NCBI GenBank assembly: GCA_963744995.1
Contig: CAVUWA010000001.1
Coordinates: 64,001 to 128,000, forward strand
Direction of reading: 5' to 3'
Source of the DNA: Candidatus Eiseniibacteriota bacterium
GTDB taxonomy: Bacteria > Eisenbacteria > RBG-16-71-46
Length of the DNA stretch: 64,000 bases
The notes beneath the pieces are model-generated. The model searched no databases and was not told the origin of the DNA. It saw only the letters and a program-made list of their open reading frames with translations. This document shows positions 28,593-38,066 of this stretch, one piece after another; position 1 is the first letter of the stretch; every line of letters starts with the position of its first letter. The position numbers were made by a program, and so were the translations under genes.

Positions 28593-29327
28593 TCACCCGG
28601 CACCCGGGTCCGGCGCGCCGTCTTCACCCAGGAACGCGGCCCGATGCGCCCGGAAGGTGTCGAGGGCGCTCTCGTAGTCATCGACGCGGCCGATGTCCAG
28701 CCATAAGCACGGCGCCTCGAACGCGATCACCTTCTCCCCCGCAGCCTTGAGCCTCAGCAGCAGATCCGGCATGCCGAGCGCCTCGCCATCCGCAATGTGC
28801 CGCAGCGCACTCGGTTCGAGGACATTCACCCCCATGCTGACGGTGTAATGGTATTCAGGCTTTTCGATGTAGCCCTCGAGCGCACCGCCAGCACCGGTCT
28901 CGACGACCCCGAAATCGATCCTCACGCTGCGCCGGTGCATCGCCAGCGTCGCCGCGGCACCCTGCTCGCGGTGGTGCCGCACCAGCGCGCCGTAGTCCAG
29001 CGTCGTCAGGACATCGCCGTTCATCACCAGAAAGGTCTCGTCGAGATTCGGTACCAGACGCAGCGGTCCGGCCGTCGAGAGCGCCCTGGTCTCGCGCGAG
29101 TAGTGGATGTCCAGCCCGAAACGCGAACCATCGCCGCAAAAGGCCTCGATCAGCTCTGCGAGGTAGGACACCGCAAGCGTAATCCGCGTGAACCCATCGC
29201 GCTTGAGCTGGCGGAGCACGATCTCGAGGATCGGCATGTCGCCGACCGGCATCAGCGGCTTGGGCAGGACGGTCGTATAGGGGCGAAGGCGAGTGCCTTC
29301 CCCGCCGGCGAGAATCACTGCATGCAT
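28593..29327 (-). CDS. Sugar-1-phosphate nucleotidyltransferase (mannose-1-phosphate guanylyltransferase-like)
   Basis: MHAVILAGGEGTRLRPYTTVLPKPLMP, LVMNGDVLT, EKP, WLDIGR. Confidence 0.9.
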   Translation of the reverse strand: MHAVILAGGEGTRLRPYTTVLPKPLMPVGDMPILEIVLRQLKRDGFTRITLAVSYLAELIEAFCGDGSRFGLDIHYSRETRALSTAGPLRLVPNLDETFLVMNGDVLTTLDYGALVRHHREQGAAATLAMHRRSVRIDFGVVETGAGGALEGYIEKPEYHYTVSMGVNVLEPSALRHIADGEALGMPDLLLRLKAAGEKVIAFEAPCLWLDIGRVDDYESALDTFRAHRAAFLGEDGAPDPGAG

Positions 29328-29343
29328 GGGGCCGTCATCCGTT

Positions 29344-30333
29344 CTAGACGTTGTAGAGGCCGGGCTTGTAGCGCGCGAGGTGCTCGCCCATCCACTCTGC
29401 CGTGCGACGCACACCCTCTTCTAGCGTCACCTGGCTTTGCCACCCGAGCGCTCGCTTCGCCAGCGATGCGTCACAGACGAGCTTCATGACCTCGCTCTTC
29501 TCCGGTCGCACGCGCGCCGCTTCCTGCTCGACCCGGGCCCTGCGGCCGGTGACCTCGAGCGCCATTTCGAGCAATTCGCCCATCGTCACGCCGCGGCCGC
29601 TGCCGAGATTGATGGTCATGCCTTCGACCCCGTGCGCTGTAGCCGCAGCCAGGTAGCCGGCGACCGTGTCACCGACGAAATTCATGTCGCGCACCGTATC
29701 AAGTGAGCCGACCCGGACGACATCGGAAGTGAGCGCCTGTGACAGCACCGTGGGCAGGAACGCTCTGGCCGACTGGCGCGGCCCATAGGTGTTGAAAGGG
29801 CGCACTGTGGTGACGGGGGTGCCGAAGGACAGATGATAGGACTCCGCCAGCTTGTCTGCGCCTATCTTGCTGGCCGAGTAGGGCGACTGGCCCTGCAGGG
29901 GGTGGTTCTCGTCGATCGGGGCATAGACTGCAGTGCCATACGTTTCGCTGGTGGACGTGTGCAGCATGCGACCGACCTCGTGCCGGCGCACCGCCTCGAG
30001 CACGTTGAGCGTGCCACGCACATTGGTTTCGACATACTCGGAGGGCGCGACGTACGAGTACGGAATCGGGATCAACGCTGCGAGGTGAAACACGACTTCC
30101 GTGCCCGCGACCAGGCGATCCACCAGGAACGGGTCCCGCACGTCGCCCGCGACGATTTCCATGGCCTCCCGGGTCGAGGCAGGGATGCGATCCAGCTCGG
30201 CCCAGTCATTGCGGGAGTTGTAGTGGACCAGAGCCTTCACGCGAGCGCCTTCGTGAACCAAGGCTTCAGCGAGATGGCTCCCGATGAAGCCCCCGGCGCC
30301 CGTGACGACAACCCTTCGACCGCTCAATGACAT
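29344..30333 (-). CDS. NDP-sugar 4,6-dehydratase (LegB-like extended SDR)
   Basis: VTGAGGFIGSHL, GDVRDP, FHLAALIPIPYSY, HTSTSETYG, QGQSPYSASKIGAD, RPFNTYGPRQSARA. Confidence 0.88.
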   Translation of the reverse strand: MSLSGRRVVVTGAGGFIGSHLAEALVHEGARVKALVHYNSRNDWAELDRIPASTREAMEIVAGDVRDPFLVDRLVAGTEVVFHLAALIPIPYSYVAPSEYVETNVRGTLNVLEAVRRHEVGRMLHTSTSETYGTAVYAPIDENHPLQGQSPYSASKIGADKLAESYHLSFGTPVTTVRPFNTYGPRQSARAFLPTVLSQALTSDVVRVGSLDTVRDMNFVGDTVAGYLAAATAHGVEGMTINLGSGRGVTMGELLEMALEVTGRRARVEQEAARVRPEKSEVMKLVCDASLAKRALGWQSQVTLEEGVRRTAEWMGEHLARYKPGLYNV

Positions 30334-30372
30334 CCGGCATCCTCCAACGCGCGGCAATTCACGCGGCCAGCG

Positions 30373-30381
30373 AGTATAGCA
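30373..30381 (-). promoter_or_regulatory. Extended -10 element upstream of the dehydratase operon
   Basis: Minus strand TGCTATACT ~40 nt upstream of ATG 30333; no clear -35. Confidence 0.35.
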
Positions 30382-30408
30382 CGCGCCGCGGCGGGCGCTT
30401 TCGAACGC

Positions 30409-31587
30409 TCATCGTCTTGCCCGTCGCGATCTGACAGTCTCGATCAATGGATCGATCACCTGCTCGAGCAAACCGAGCACCGCCGCGGGGGCGTGCACCC
30501 GCTCTGCGTAACGGCGGGCGAGGCGACCAGCGGCGCGTCGTGATTCAGGGTCGCTCATGTACCCGCTGACTGCCTTCATGAGAGCCGGGTAGTCGGGCGC
30601 GAAGCGCCCGATCCCTTCTCGCGTCACCAGACCGTCCGGATCCACGCAGGAAACCGTCGGAATCCCCGCCGCCCACGACTCGAGCAGCACGTTCGAGAAT
30701 CCTTCGACCGGCGAGGTGTGCACGACCAGGGCCGCTCTGCGCCGCAGCGCGTCGAGCTCCGCACCCGGCAGGAACCCATTCACCTCGAGGTTGGGTATCG
30801 ATCGGGCGGCCGCAACGGCCCGTTCCCACGACTCGCGTGTGAGCGGCGGCGGCGGCACCACCCCGCCCATGACGAAGCGAAACTGCGGGAGACCACGGGC
30901 CAGCTCGATGAACCACTCGGGCCGTTTGATTGCCTTGTAGGTCGCATTCCAGAGCACGATGCCGTCCAGACCCGGATCCACGACCGTGTCGGGGAGATCC
31001 ACGATGTTTGGAAACACGTCGCTCGTGACGCCGAAGTTCGCCGCAAGTTGCGTCTGCTGGAACGCGGTCTGCGCGAGCACGCGATCCGCGCGCCGCATCG
31101 CACGCTGGAACCACCGCACGTTCGTGCGCCCGGAGCCGCGCGGCGGACGCGGCACCACGTCATAGTCGCTCATCATCGCCAGCACGAATCCGGCCCCCCG
31201 CCATCCCGCGACCTCCGAGGCCAGCCCGGCGGCCATACCCGCGCCGCACACGTAGTAGACCTCGGCGTCGGCCTGCCACAGCGCGGCGGTGGCGCGGCTC
31301 AGCCGTGGGTGGAAGAAGCGCAGTCCCCGGAGACCACGGCCCGGACGGAACGAGCGCAACACTCGCACGCCATCAATGGTTTGGATGCGTGGTTGGCCGA
31401 AGTCGCACGTGACCAGGGTGACTTCATAACCCCGCGCGGCCAGTCCTCGCGCCAGGCGCACGACCAGCGCTTCCGCGCCTCCTGCGAACTCGATCGGCTG
31501 CTGCGCGATCAGCGGATAGGCGTATTCGGAATAGAAGCACACGCGCCCGCGCGAGGTGCGGGCCGCGGGGTCTGCAACCGCGCTCAT
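30409..31587 (-). CDS. Glycosyltransferase family 4 protein
   Basis: AGGAE..V..LARGL, KRPEWFIELA, HTSPVEGFSNVLLESWAAGIP. ATG 31587 overlaps the upstream stop. Confidence 0.87.
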   Translation of the reverse strand: MSAVADPAARTSRGRVCFYSEYAYPLIAQQPIEFAGGAEALVVRLARGLAARGYEVTLVTCDFGQPRIQTIDGVRVLRSFRPGRGLRGLRFFHPRLSRATAALWQADAEVYYVCGAGMAAGLASEVAGWRGAGFVLAMMSDYDVVPRPPRGSGRTNVRWFQRAMRRADRVLAQTAFQQTQLAANFGVTSDVFPNIVDLPDTVVDPGLDGIVLWNATYKAIKRPEWFIELARGLPQFRFVMGGVVPPPPLTRESWERAVAAARSIPNLEVNGFLPGAELDALRRRAALVVHTSPVEGFSNVLLESWAAGIPTVSCVDPDGLVTREGIGRFAPDYPALMKAVSGYMSDPESRRAAGRLARRYAERVHAPAAVLGLLEQVIDPLIETVRSRRARR

Positions 31588-32684
31588 GTCCGTCTCCAGC
31601 GCTCGAGAACCGTCTCGAGGCGCGGCTGAATTCGATCCCAGGCAAAGCCCTCCGCCGTCGTGCGCGCCGCCGCACCCAGGCGCACTGCGAGCGCAGGATC
31701 GTCCGCCAGCCGCGAGAGTGCGGCGGCGAGCGCGGCGGGGTCGCCTGGAGACACCAGCAGGCCGTTCGCGCCGTCTTGCACGAGGTCGGCCACCCCCATC
31801 ACCGGGGTCGCCACCACGGGACGGGCGTGGGCCATGGCCTCGAGCAGGACATTGGGCAACCCCTCGCCGCCGCGCGCGGCGAGCACGACGCAGCCCGCCG
31901 TCCGGTAGAGGTCGCCGAGGCGGTCCGGATCCACCATGCCGAGGAACGTGACGTCGGCTCCACGCACCCGGGCGAAGCCCTCGAGTCGGGAGCGATCCGG
32001 GCCGTCGCCGGCGATGGTCAGGGCGAGTCCGGCGCGCGCCGCCGCCTCGATGGCGGTGTCCATGCCCTTGTCTGGAATCAGCCGCCCGACGGCGAACACG
32101 CCTGCGCCGGGCGAGAACGGCGGCTCCGGAAGCTCGATCCCGTTCGGCACGACCTCGAGCTTCGTCGCCACGGCCGCCGCCGTCCGCGAATCCACGCCGC
32201 GCAAGGCTTCGATCAACCTCACACGGATCGCCTCGCTCTGCACCAGCACGCCCGCGGCGTGGCGCCACACCTGCGGGCCGATCCAGCGTGAGCGATCGCG
32301 AACTCCCATGCGGACTTCGTCTTCGCCTCTCAGCCAGACCACGGCCGGAATGCCGAGCCGGCCCTGGATGCGCACACCGGCGAGGCCACTGATGAACGTC
32401 TGAAAGGCGAGCGTCAGGTCGGGGCGCGGTGTCATGTCGCGCACGGCGCGTTCGAGCATGACGACGTCACGCCACGTTCGCCAGATCGGCGTCGATGCCA
32501 CCGGCATCCGGACCACCTCGAACCCGTCCCGCTCCTCCCGCGCGGCCTGCGAGGGTGGATCGTGCCGGGTGAGCACGGTGACGCGATGCCTGCGGGCGAG
32601 GCGCTTCGCCCAGGTTTCGGCCTGGAGTTCAGCGCCGCCGACGACACCGGGCGGAAAGTGACCGATCAGGATCGCGAGGTTCAT
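31584..32684 (-). CDS. Glycosyltransferase family 4 protein
   Basis: FPPGVVGGAE, VPNGI, VGRLIPDKG, AGDGP, EGLPNVLLEAMAHARPVV. GGAGG precedes ATG 32684. Confidence 0.9.
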   Translation of the reverse strand: MNLAILIGHFPPGVVGGAELQAETWAKRLARRHRVTVLTRHDPPSQAAREERDGFEVVRMPVASTPIWRTWRDVVMLERAVRDMTPRPDLTLAFQTFISGLAGVRIQGRLGIPAVVWLRGEDEVRMGVRDRSRWIGPQVWRHAAGVLVQSEAIRVRLIEALRGVDSRTAAAVATKLEVVPNGIELPEPPFSPGAGVFAVGRLIPDKGMDTAIEAAARAGLALTIAGDGPDRSRLEGFARVRGADVTFLGMVDPDRLGDLYRTAGCVVLAARGGEGLPNVLLEAMAHARPVVATPVMGVADLVQDGANGLLVSPGDPAALAAALSRLADDPALAVRLGAAARTTAEGFAWDRIQPRLETVLERWRRT

Positions 32685-32727
32685 CGCCGATCGCCTCCGG
32701 GCGCTCCGCGGTGAAGGCAAGCGGGCC

Positions 32728-35334
32728 TCACGGCTGCGGCTCCGTCCCAACCCGCACCGTGCCCGAAGGCGCCCCGGAGAACAGGTCGTGATCGAAGAAC
32801 CAGTCGCTGACGTGATAATTCGGGTAGTGCGGCACGCGCAGCATGCGCAGCCCCAGCGTATAGGTTCCCGGCGCAGCATCCTGCGGGATCACCATTCGGA
32901 ACGAGTCGCGTACCACTTCCGTGGGACGCCACTCATCCACGCCGTAGGCGCCACCCACCGGAACGTGGTTGGAACGAAGTCGGTATCTTTCGCCGCGCAG
33001 CTTCTCGAGGAGCTTTCGCCACGGTTTGCCGACGAAGGCGGGTGGCCTGAAGCCCGGCGGCAGCGGACGATCGAGACGTACGGCGACGAGATACGACCCG
33101 GCCGGAAGTGATGCGCGCGCGTGCCAGAGCGCGGTCGCGGCAAGCGTGTCACCCGGTTCGAGAACGGTGTCGGCAATGTTCACGCCGAGCAGTTCGGGCA
33201 TGTCGGGATCGAGCGCCGTGCCGGGCGGATATGCTCCGGCGCGCCACGCGTTCACGAATGGTCGCCGGGCCGGCGGCGTATCGAGCGAGTCGAGCGCGGC
33301 GCGGCGCACTTCGTAGATCACAAAGTCCCCGGTGTCGAAGACATTCTCGAACGCCGCGGGGTGCGCGTCGAAGCGGGCCCGCGCAGCGGCGAACCAGAAG
33401 TGCGTGGGCCCCCAGTAGTCGAGCCGCGGCCGCTCGGGAAAGCGGTCGTTGAGCACGATCACGTTCGCACCCCAGCGGTCCAGCACCTCTCGCACGCGCG
33501 ACCATGGCGACCACGCGTCGAGGGCGTCGCGGGCGTCCAGAAGTCGATCGAGCGCGAGCGAATCGTTGGGCGAGCTGTGCTGATCCACCAGGGTGACGAC
33601 ATAGCGGCCGGTCATCATTGGGATCGAGTACGACGTCTCCGGGTCCGACAGGATGACTGCGTCGTCCGGCAGGTGCGCGCGCATCCAGACGAGGGCGTCG
33701 CTCCAGTGTTCGGCAGAGCGCTGCTGGTCGGCACGCGCACTGCCTGAGGCGTGGGGCACGACCGAGAACGCGTCGCGCACCGCCGGGATCAGAGTCACCG
33801 CGATGACCCCGACGGCCATGGCGCCCCACAGGCGCAGCGGTCCGCGCCACGCCGCCCGCCAGGCCCTGGGCAGCGCCCAGGCGATCAGGACCGCCATGGG
33901 GACGAAGCCGATGAAGCGCCAGATCAGGTATCCGACACGCGGTTCCAGCATGGCGACGAACAGCGGATTGAGGGTGAGCAGCGCCGCGGCCACGGTAGAA
34001 GACAGCATCCACAGCGCAACGGGCTCGCCTCGCCCCCGCCGCCACAGTGGCACCCACAGCAACGGGATCAGCACCCAGGTCCAGGCGAACGTCGTCCAGA
34101 GGAATCCCGGCGACATGATCTCCCAGCCGCCCTTGAGGTAGAGCAGGCCCTGGGGCGCGGTGTGGATCACGTTCCGCGGGGCGTACGCCTGTTGCGCCCG
34201 CCAGAGCAGGAACGGCAGTGCTCCCGCGGCGAGCGCGAGCGACGTCATGAAGAGGCGTCTGAATTCGGGCCCGGTGCCACGATCTCGGATCAGCAGCGCG
34301 AGACCGAGCGCACCGAGGGGCACCGCGAGATGAACTACGGCGAACAGGTGCGTGGTCACTGCCGCGAATCCGAGCAGCACCGCCGCCAACCGCCAGCGAA
34401 CCGCGGGCCGGGCGAGGTCGGCGAGCACCGCCGCGGTCGCAGCGAATACGAGCTGTTCGGCGAGGCGACTGGAGAGCACGGCCTGGCGAAGCGGCGTTTG
34501 CGCAATCGTGCCCCCGTAGGTGAGCAGCAGCACCCATGCGGCGATACCCGCCCCCGCGCCACCGCCCGCAAGCAGGCCAAGCGCGGCGACGTTGAGGACG
34601 TACAGCGGCGCGAGCAGCGTGGACAGCCAGCGCCACGCGTCGGCCGGATCGGCCGCGGCGAGCCGCGCCACGACGGCCACCTGCGGGTGCCAAACGCCCT
34701 TGCGCGGGTCCGCGCCGGAGGGACCCGCGTCCTTGAAGAACGCGTCGGTGGGAAACGCATCGCCGGAGGTCATGATCCGTCGGATCGTGCCGATGTGATC
34801 GGGGCTGTCGGTCTGCAGGGTCTCGCTCGTGCCCAGCCGGCCGACGTAGAGCGCGGCGAAGGCGGCGGCCAGCAGGACGGTGATCGTCGCGCTACGCCCT
34901 GCGCGCGGTCCTCGACCTGGTTTCGCGCCCTCGCCGCGCGGGCGGAGCCACAACGCCATCGCCCACAGCGCCGCCGTCGCCACCAGCGCCACGCGGTCGA
35001 GCCCCGTGACAGGCTGACCCGCGAGCCGTGCGAGCAGCACCAGGGCGGCGTTCCAGGCGACGCCGAAGCCCAGCGCCCAGCCCGGGGTGAACAGCGCTCC
35101 CCCCGGCGGCGTGAGCCCGAGCCGCACGAAGGCGTACCCCGGCAGCAACACGAGGACGAACCCGGCGAGCATCACCCGAACCGGGACGGGCCAGCTCGCC
35201 GCTGCCCCGGAGAGCAGCAGGGCGTGCGCGCCGAGCCCGGCGAGCGCGAAGAGCATCCACGCGCCGCGCCGGCCGCCGCCGGCCGGTGCGCCAGCCGGCG
35301 GCCGCACCGCGCCCCCCGCCGCGCTCACCCGCAT
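32728..35334 (-). CDS. Large multi-pass membrane protein, probable GT-C glycosyltransferase with soluble C-terminal domains
   Basis: Many TM helices and an acidic first large loop (TDSPDH). The C-terminal region has WMRAHLPDDAVILSDPETSYSIP and a terminal Ig-like segment (WRPTEVVRD...APGTYTL). The start could alternatively be GTG 35328. Confidence 0.6.
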   Translation of the reverse strand: MRVSAAGGAVRPPAGAPAGGGRRGAWMLFALAGLGAHALLLSGAAASWPVPVRVMLAGFVLVLLPGYAFVRLGLTPPGGALFTPGWALGFGVAWNAALVLLARLAGQPVTGLDRVALVATAALWAMALWLRPRGEGAKPGRGPRAGRSATITVLLAAAFAALYVGRLGTSETLQTDSPDHIGTIRRIMTSGDAFPTDAFFKDAGPSGADPRKGVWHPQVAVVARLAAADPADAWRWLSTLLAPLYVLNVAALGLLAGGGAGAGIAAWVLLLTYGGTIAQTPLRQAVLSSRLAEQLVFAATAAVLADLARPAVRWRLAAVLLGFAAVTTHLFAVVHLAVPLGALGLALLIRDRGTGPEFRRLFMTSLALAAGALPFLLWRAQQAYAPRNVIHTAPQGLLYLKGGWEIMSPGFLWTTFAWTWVLIPLLWVPLWRRGRGEPVALWMLSSTVAAALLTLNPLFVAMLEPRVGYLIWRFIGFVPMAVLIAWALPRAWRAAWRGPLRLWGAMAVGVIAVTLIPAVRDAFSVVPHASGSARADQQRSAEHWSDALVWMRAHLPDDAVILSDPETSYSIPMMTGRYVVTLVDQHSSPNDSLALDRLLDARDALDAWSPWSRVREVLDRWGANVIVLNDRFPERPRLDYWGPTHFWFAAARARFDAHPAAFENVFDTGDFVIYEVRRAALDSLDTPPARRPFVNAWRAGAYPPGTALDPDMPELLGVNIADTVLEPGDTLAATALWHARASLPAGSYLVAVRLDRPLPPGFRPPAFVGKPWRKLLEKLRGERYRLRSNHVPVGGAYGVDEWRPTEVVRDSFRMVIPQDAAPGTYTLGLRMLRVPHYPNYHVSDWFFDHDLFSGAPSGTVRVGTEPQP

Positions 35335-35387
35335 GCCTCCCTCGGACCCGTGTGGCGCATGGCCGTCACGCGCATTAGAATCTTCGC

Positions 35388-36620
35388 GTGCCCACACCTT
35401 CCCCGTCCCGACCGGACCCGTCCACGCTCCCCCCACTCGCTTCCGCCGGCGGGACGCCCGTGCGTGGCTCGTTCCTGCCGCTCGCGCTGCCGTGGATCGG
35501 CGAACGCGAGCAGGAGCTGGTGCGCGAAACCCTGGCATCCGGGTGGATCACCACCGGACCGCGCGCGCAGGAGCTCGGGCGCCGCGTCGCCGAGATGGTC
35601 GGCGCGCGCCACGGCATCGCCGTCAATTCGGCCACCGGCGCGCTGCACCTGTCGCTGGCCGCGCTTGGCGTCGGCCGCGGCGACGAAGTGATCACCACCA
35701 CGTACACGTTCGTCGCGTGTGTCAACGTGATCGAGCACGTCGGCGCGAAACCGGTGCTCGTGGACATCGAAGCCGACACGCTGTGCATCGATCCGGCCCT
35801 GATCGAGCGCGCGATCACGCCGCGCACGAAGGCGATCATCCCGGTGGACTACGCGGGCCACCCGTGCGACATCGATGCGATCAACGCGATCGCGAAACCG
35901 CGCGGGATCGCCGTCGTGCAGGACGCCGCGCACGCGCTCGGCGCCGCCTGGCGCGGCAAGCCCGTGGGCTCGCAGGCCACGGTGACCGCGTTCTCGTTCT
36001 ACGCCACCAAGAACCTCACCACCGGCGAGGGCGGCGCGGCGGTCACCAGCGACGATGAACTCGCCGAGCGCATCGAGCTGCTGTCGCTGCACGGCATGAA
36101 CCGTGACGCCTGGAAGCGCTACTCCGACACGGGCTCCTGGTATTACGAGGTCACGGCACCCGGTCACAAGTACAACCTGAGCGACGTGCTGGCGGCGATC
36201 GGCGTGGGGCAGCTCGAGCGCTTCGAGGCGTTCCAGCAGCGGCGCCGCGAGATCGTCGCGCGCTACGAGGCCGGGCTCGCCGGCGTTCCCGAAATCCGCA
36301 GGCCGTCGGTGCGCGAAGGCGCGACCCACGCCTGGCACCTCTATCCGATCGCGCTCGAGCTCGAGCGGCTGACCTGCGACCGGGCACGCTTCATCCGCGA
36401 GCTGCGCGCGGAGAACATCGGGACCTCCGTGCACTTCATCCCGATCCACCTGCACCCGCACTTCGTGCGCACGCTGGCGTACCCGGCGGGCACCTTCCCG
36501 GTGGCCGACGACGCCTATCAGCGTGCGATCACGCTGCCGCTGTTCCCGCGCATGAGCGACCGCGACGTGGACGACGTGATCGAAGCCGTCGCGAAGATCG
36601 CCGCTCACTTCCGTCGCTGA
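35388..36620 (+). CDS. DegT/DnrJ/EryC1/StrS family sugar aminotransferase
   Basis: SGWITTGP, NSATGALHL, DAAHALG, FSFYATKNLTTGEGG, GHKYNLSD, HAWHLY, TLPLFP. Confidence 0.95.
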   Translation: MPTPSPSRPDPSTLPPLASAGGTPVRGSFLPLALPWIGEREQELVRETLASGWITTGPRAQELGRRVAEMVGARHGIAVNSATGALHLSLAALGVGRGDEVITTTYTFVACVNVIEHVGAKPVLVDIEADTLCIDPALIERAITPRTKAIIPVDYAGHPCDIDAINAIAKPRGIAVVQDAAHALGAAWRGKPVGSQATVTAFSFYATKNLTTGEGGAAVTSDDELAERIELLSLHGMNRDAWKRYSDTGSWYYEVTAPGHKYNLSDVLAAIGVGQLERFEAFQQRRREIVARYEAGLAGVPEIRRPSVREGATHAWHLYPIALELERLTCDRARFIRELRAENIGTSVHFIPIHLHPHFVRTLAYPAGTFPVADDAYQRAITLPLFPRMSDRDVDDVIEAVAKIAAHFRR

Positions 36621-36670
36621 CGGCGTCGCCCCGCTCGCGCGGAAACGACGCTTCCGCTCCTCCGTCACCA

Positions 36671-37675
36671 TCATCCGCGCGGCTCGCCCGCCTGCCCCAG
36701 CGATTTCAGGCTCAGGCCCTCCCGCCTGAGGTAGATGAGACCGACCACCGAGATCGGCAGCCACTGCGAGAGCCAGTAGAACCACGAGAACGGCACCGAC
36801 AGCTCCTTGCCGACGCCGAACAGGCCGAGACCGGCGACGCAGGCGAGATTGAGCGTCCCGATGTAGCCCGGCGCGGCGGGCACCATGATGCCGATCGCCG
36901 TGATCACCAGCATCACCAGCCCCGCGTACCACGGCACCCCGATGCCGATCGCGCCCATCGCCACCTGCAGCGCGAGCGCGTAGGTGCCGAACATGATGAA
37001 CGAGAGCAGGAACACCCACGCCAGGGTTCCCAGTCGCCGGAACAGTCCGAGGCCGGCAAGGAAGTGCTCCAGCATCTTCTCGACCCGGCCGCGGACCCCG
37101 CCGGGCAGCAGCTTCGTCAGCAGCGCGACGACGCGGTGCATGACGCGCGGGCTGCGCTCGACCGCGACCAGCACCACGGTGAGCACCACGCAGCTCAGGA
37201 TCAGCACGCCGGCGCCGGCGCGCACCATCTGTCCCGCCTCGCTGTTCTCCCCGATCGGATGCACGGCCAGCGAGATCGCCAGCACGCCCAGCAGCGTGAT
37301 CATGTCCACGACGCGCTCGACGACGACCGTCGCGAAAACGGTCGTCTTGGAAAGGTTCTCGCGGCGACCCAGCGCCCACGCGCGTACGAATTCACCGAGC
37401 CTCAAGGGCAGCAGGTTGTTCGCCATGAAGCCGATCATGGTGGCGCTGAACAGGCTGTCCATGGAGAGCGGCTTCGGGGTCGCGATCAGCCAGCGCCAGC
37501 GGAACGCGCGGATCCAGAACCCGGTCAGCGTGAGCAGCATGACCAGCGCGAAACCGCCGTAGTGCGCCTGCTGCAGCGCGTGCCAGACTTCGGCCGGCCG
37601 CACGTCGCGCATCGAGTACCAGATCGCGACGAGCGAGATGACCGTTCCGAGGAGGAACTTGGCGTTGCGGCTCAC
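36671..37675 (-). CDS. Lysylphosphatidylglycerol-synthase TM domain protein (UPF0104 flippase-like)
   Basis: RAFRWRWL, GFMANNLLPLRLGEFVRA, TVVVERVVD, VPAAPGYIG. GTG 37675. Confidence 0.85.
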   Translation of the reverse strand: MSRNAKFLLGTVISLVAIWYSMRDVRPAEVWHALQQAHYGGFALVMLLTLTGFWIRAFRWRWLIATPKPLSMDSLFSATMIGFMANNLLPLRLGEFVRAWALGRRENLSKTTVFATVVVERVVDMITLLGVLAISLAVHPIGENSEAGQMVRAGAGVLILSCVVLTVVLVAVERSPRVMHRVVALLTKLLPGGVRGRVEKMLEHFLAGLGLFRRLGTLAWVFLLSFIMFGTYALALQVAMGAIGIGVPWYAGLVMLVITAIGIMVPAAPGYIGTLNLACVAGLGLFGVGKELSVPFSWFYWLSQWLPISVVGLIYLRREGLSLKSLGQAGEPRG

Positions 37676-38055
37676 GGAGCCTCCCCGGACGGCCGTTCGC
37701 GCTCGGTGCGCAGCGTCTCGATCTCGAGGCGCGCGAGCGCCAGGTCGCGCGTGGTGGCGTCCAGGTGCCGCGTGAGACGCGACATGCGCACCGACAGGAA
37801 CAGCAGCATGACCACGCCGAACATCACGCCCGCCGCGAACACCAGCGAGCTCTCGTAGAGAATGCCGAGTGCATGCGTGAGGCGCTCCAGGAGCGGCGTG
37901 CTGAATCCGAACACGGCGATCGCCACGGTCGACACGATCCACGGCAGCGAATAGTCCTCGGCCAGCTTGCGGCGGCGGACCAGCTCCAGCACGAGCAGGG
38001 CGAGCCCGACCGCGCCGCATGCGGCGATGACCTGGAACTTCGAAAGGAAGAACAT
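37672..38055 (-). CDS. DUF2304 family small membrane protein
   Basis: LELVRRRKLAEDYSLPW, three TM helices, LSVRMSRL...RDLALA; lies directly after a GT2. Confidence 0.85.
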   Translation of the reverse strand: MFFLSKFQVIAACGAVGLALLVLELVRRRKLAEDYSLPWIVSTVAIAVFGFSTPLLERLTHALGILYESSLVFAAGVMFGVVMLLFLSVRMSRLTRHLDATTRDLALARLEIETLRTERERPSGEAP

Positions 38056-38066
38056 CCCGGTGCCTC

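Noticed and set aside
28593..36620. Complete legionaminic/pseudaminic acid pathway
   Set aside because: A LegB-like dehydratase, aminotransferase and nucleotidyltransferase are present, but no NeuB-like synthase, NeuC-like hydrolysing epimerase or CMP-transferase is visible in the window.
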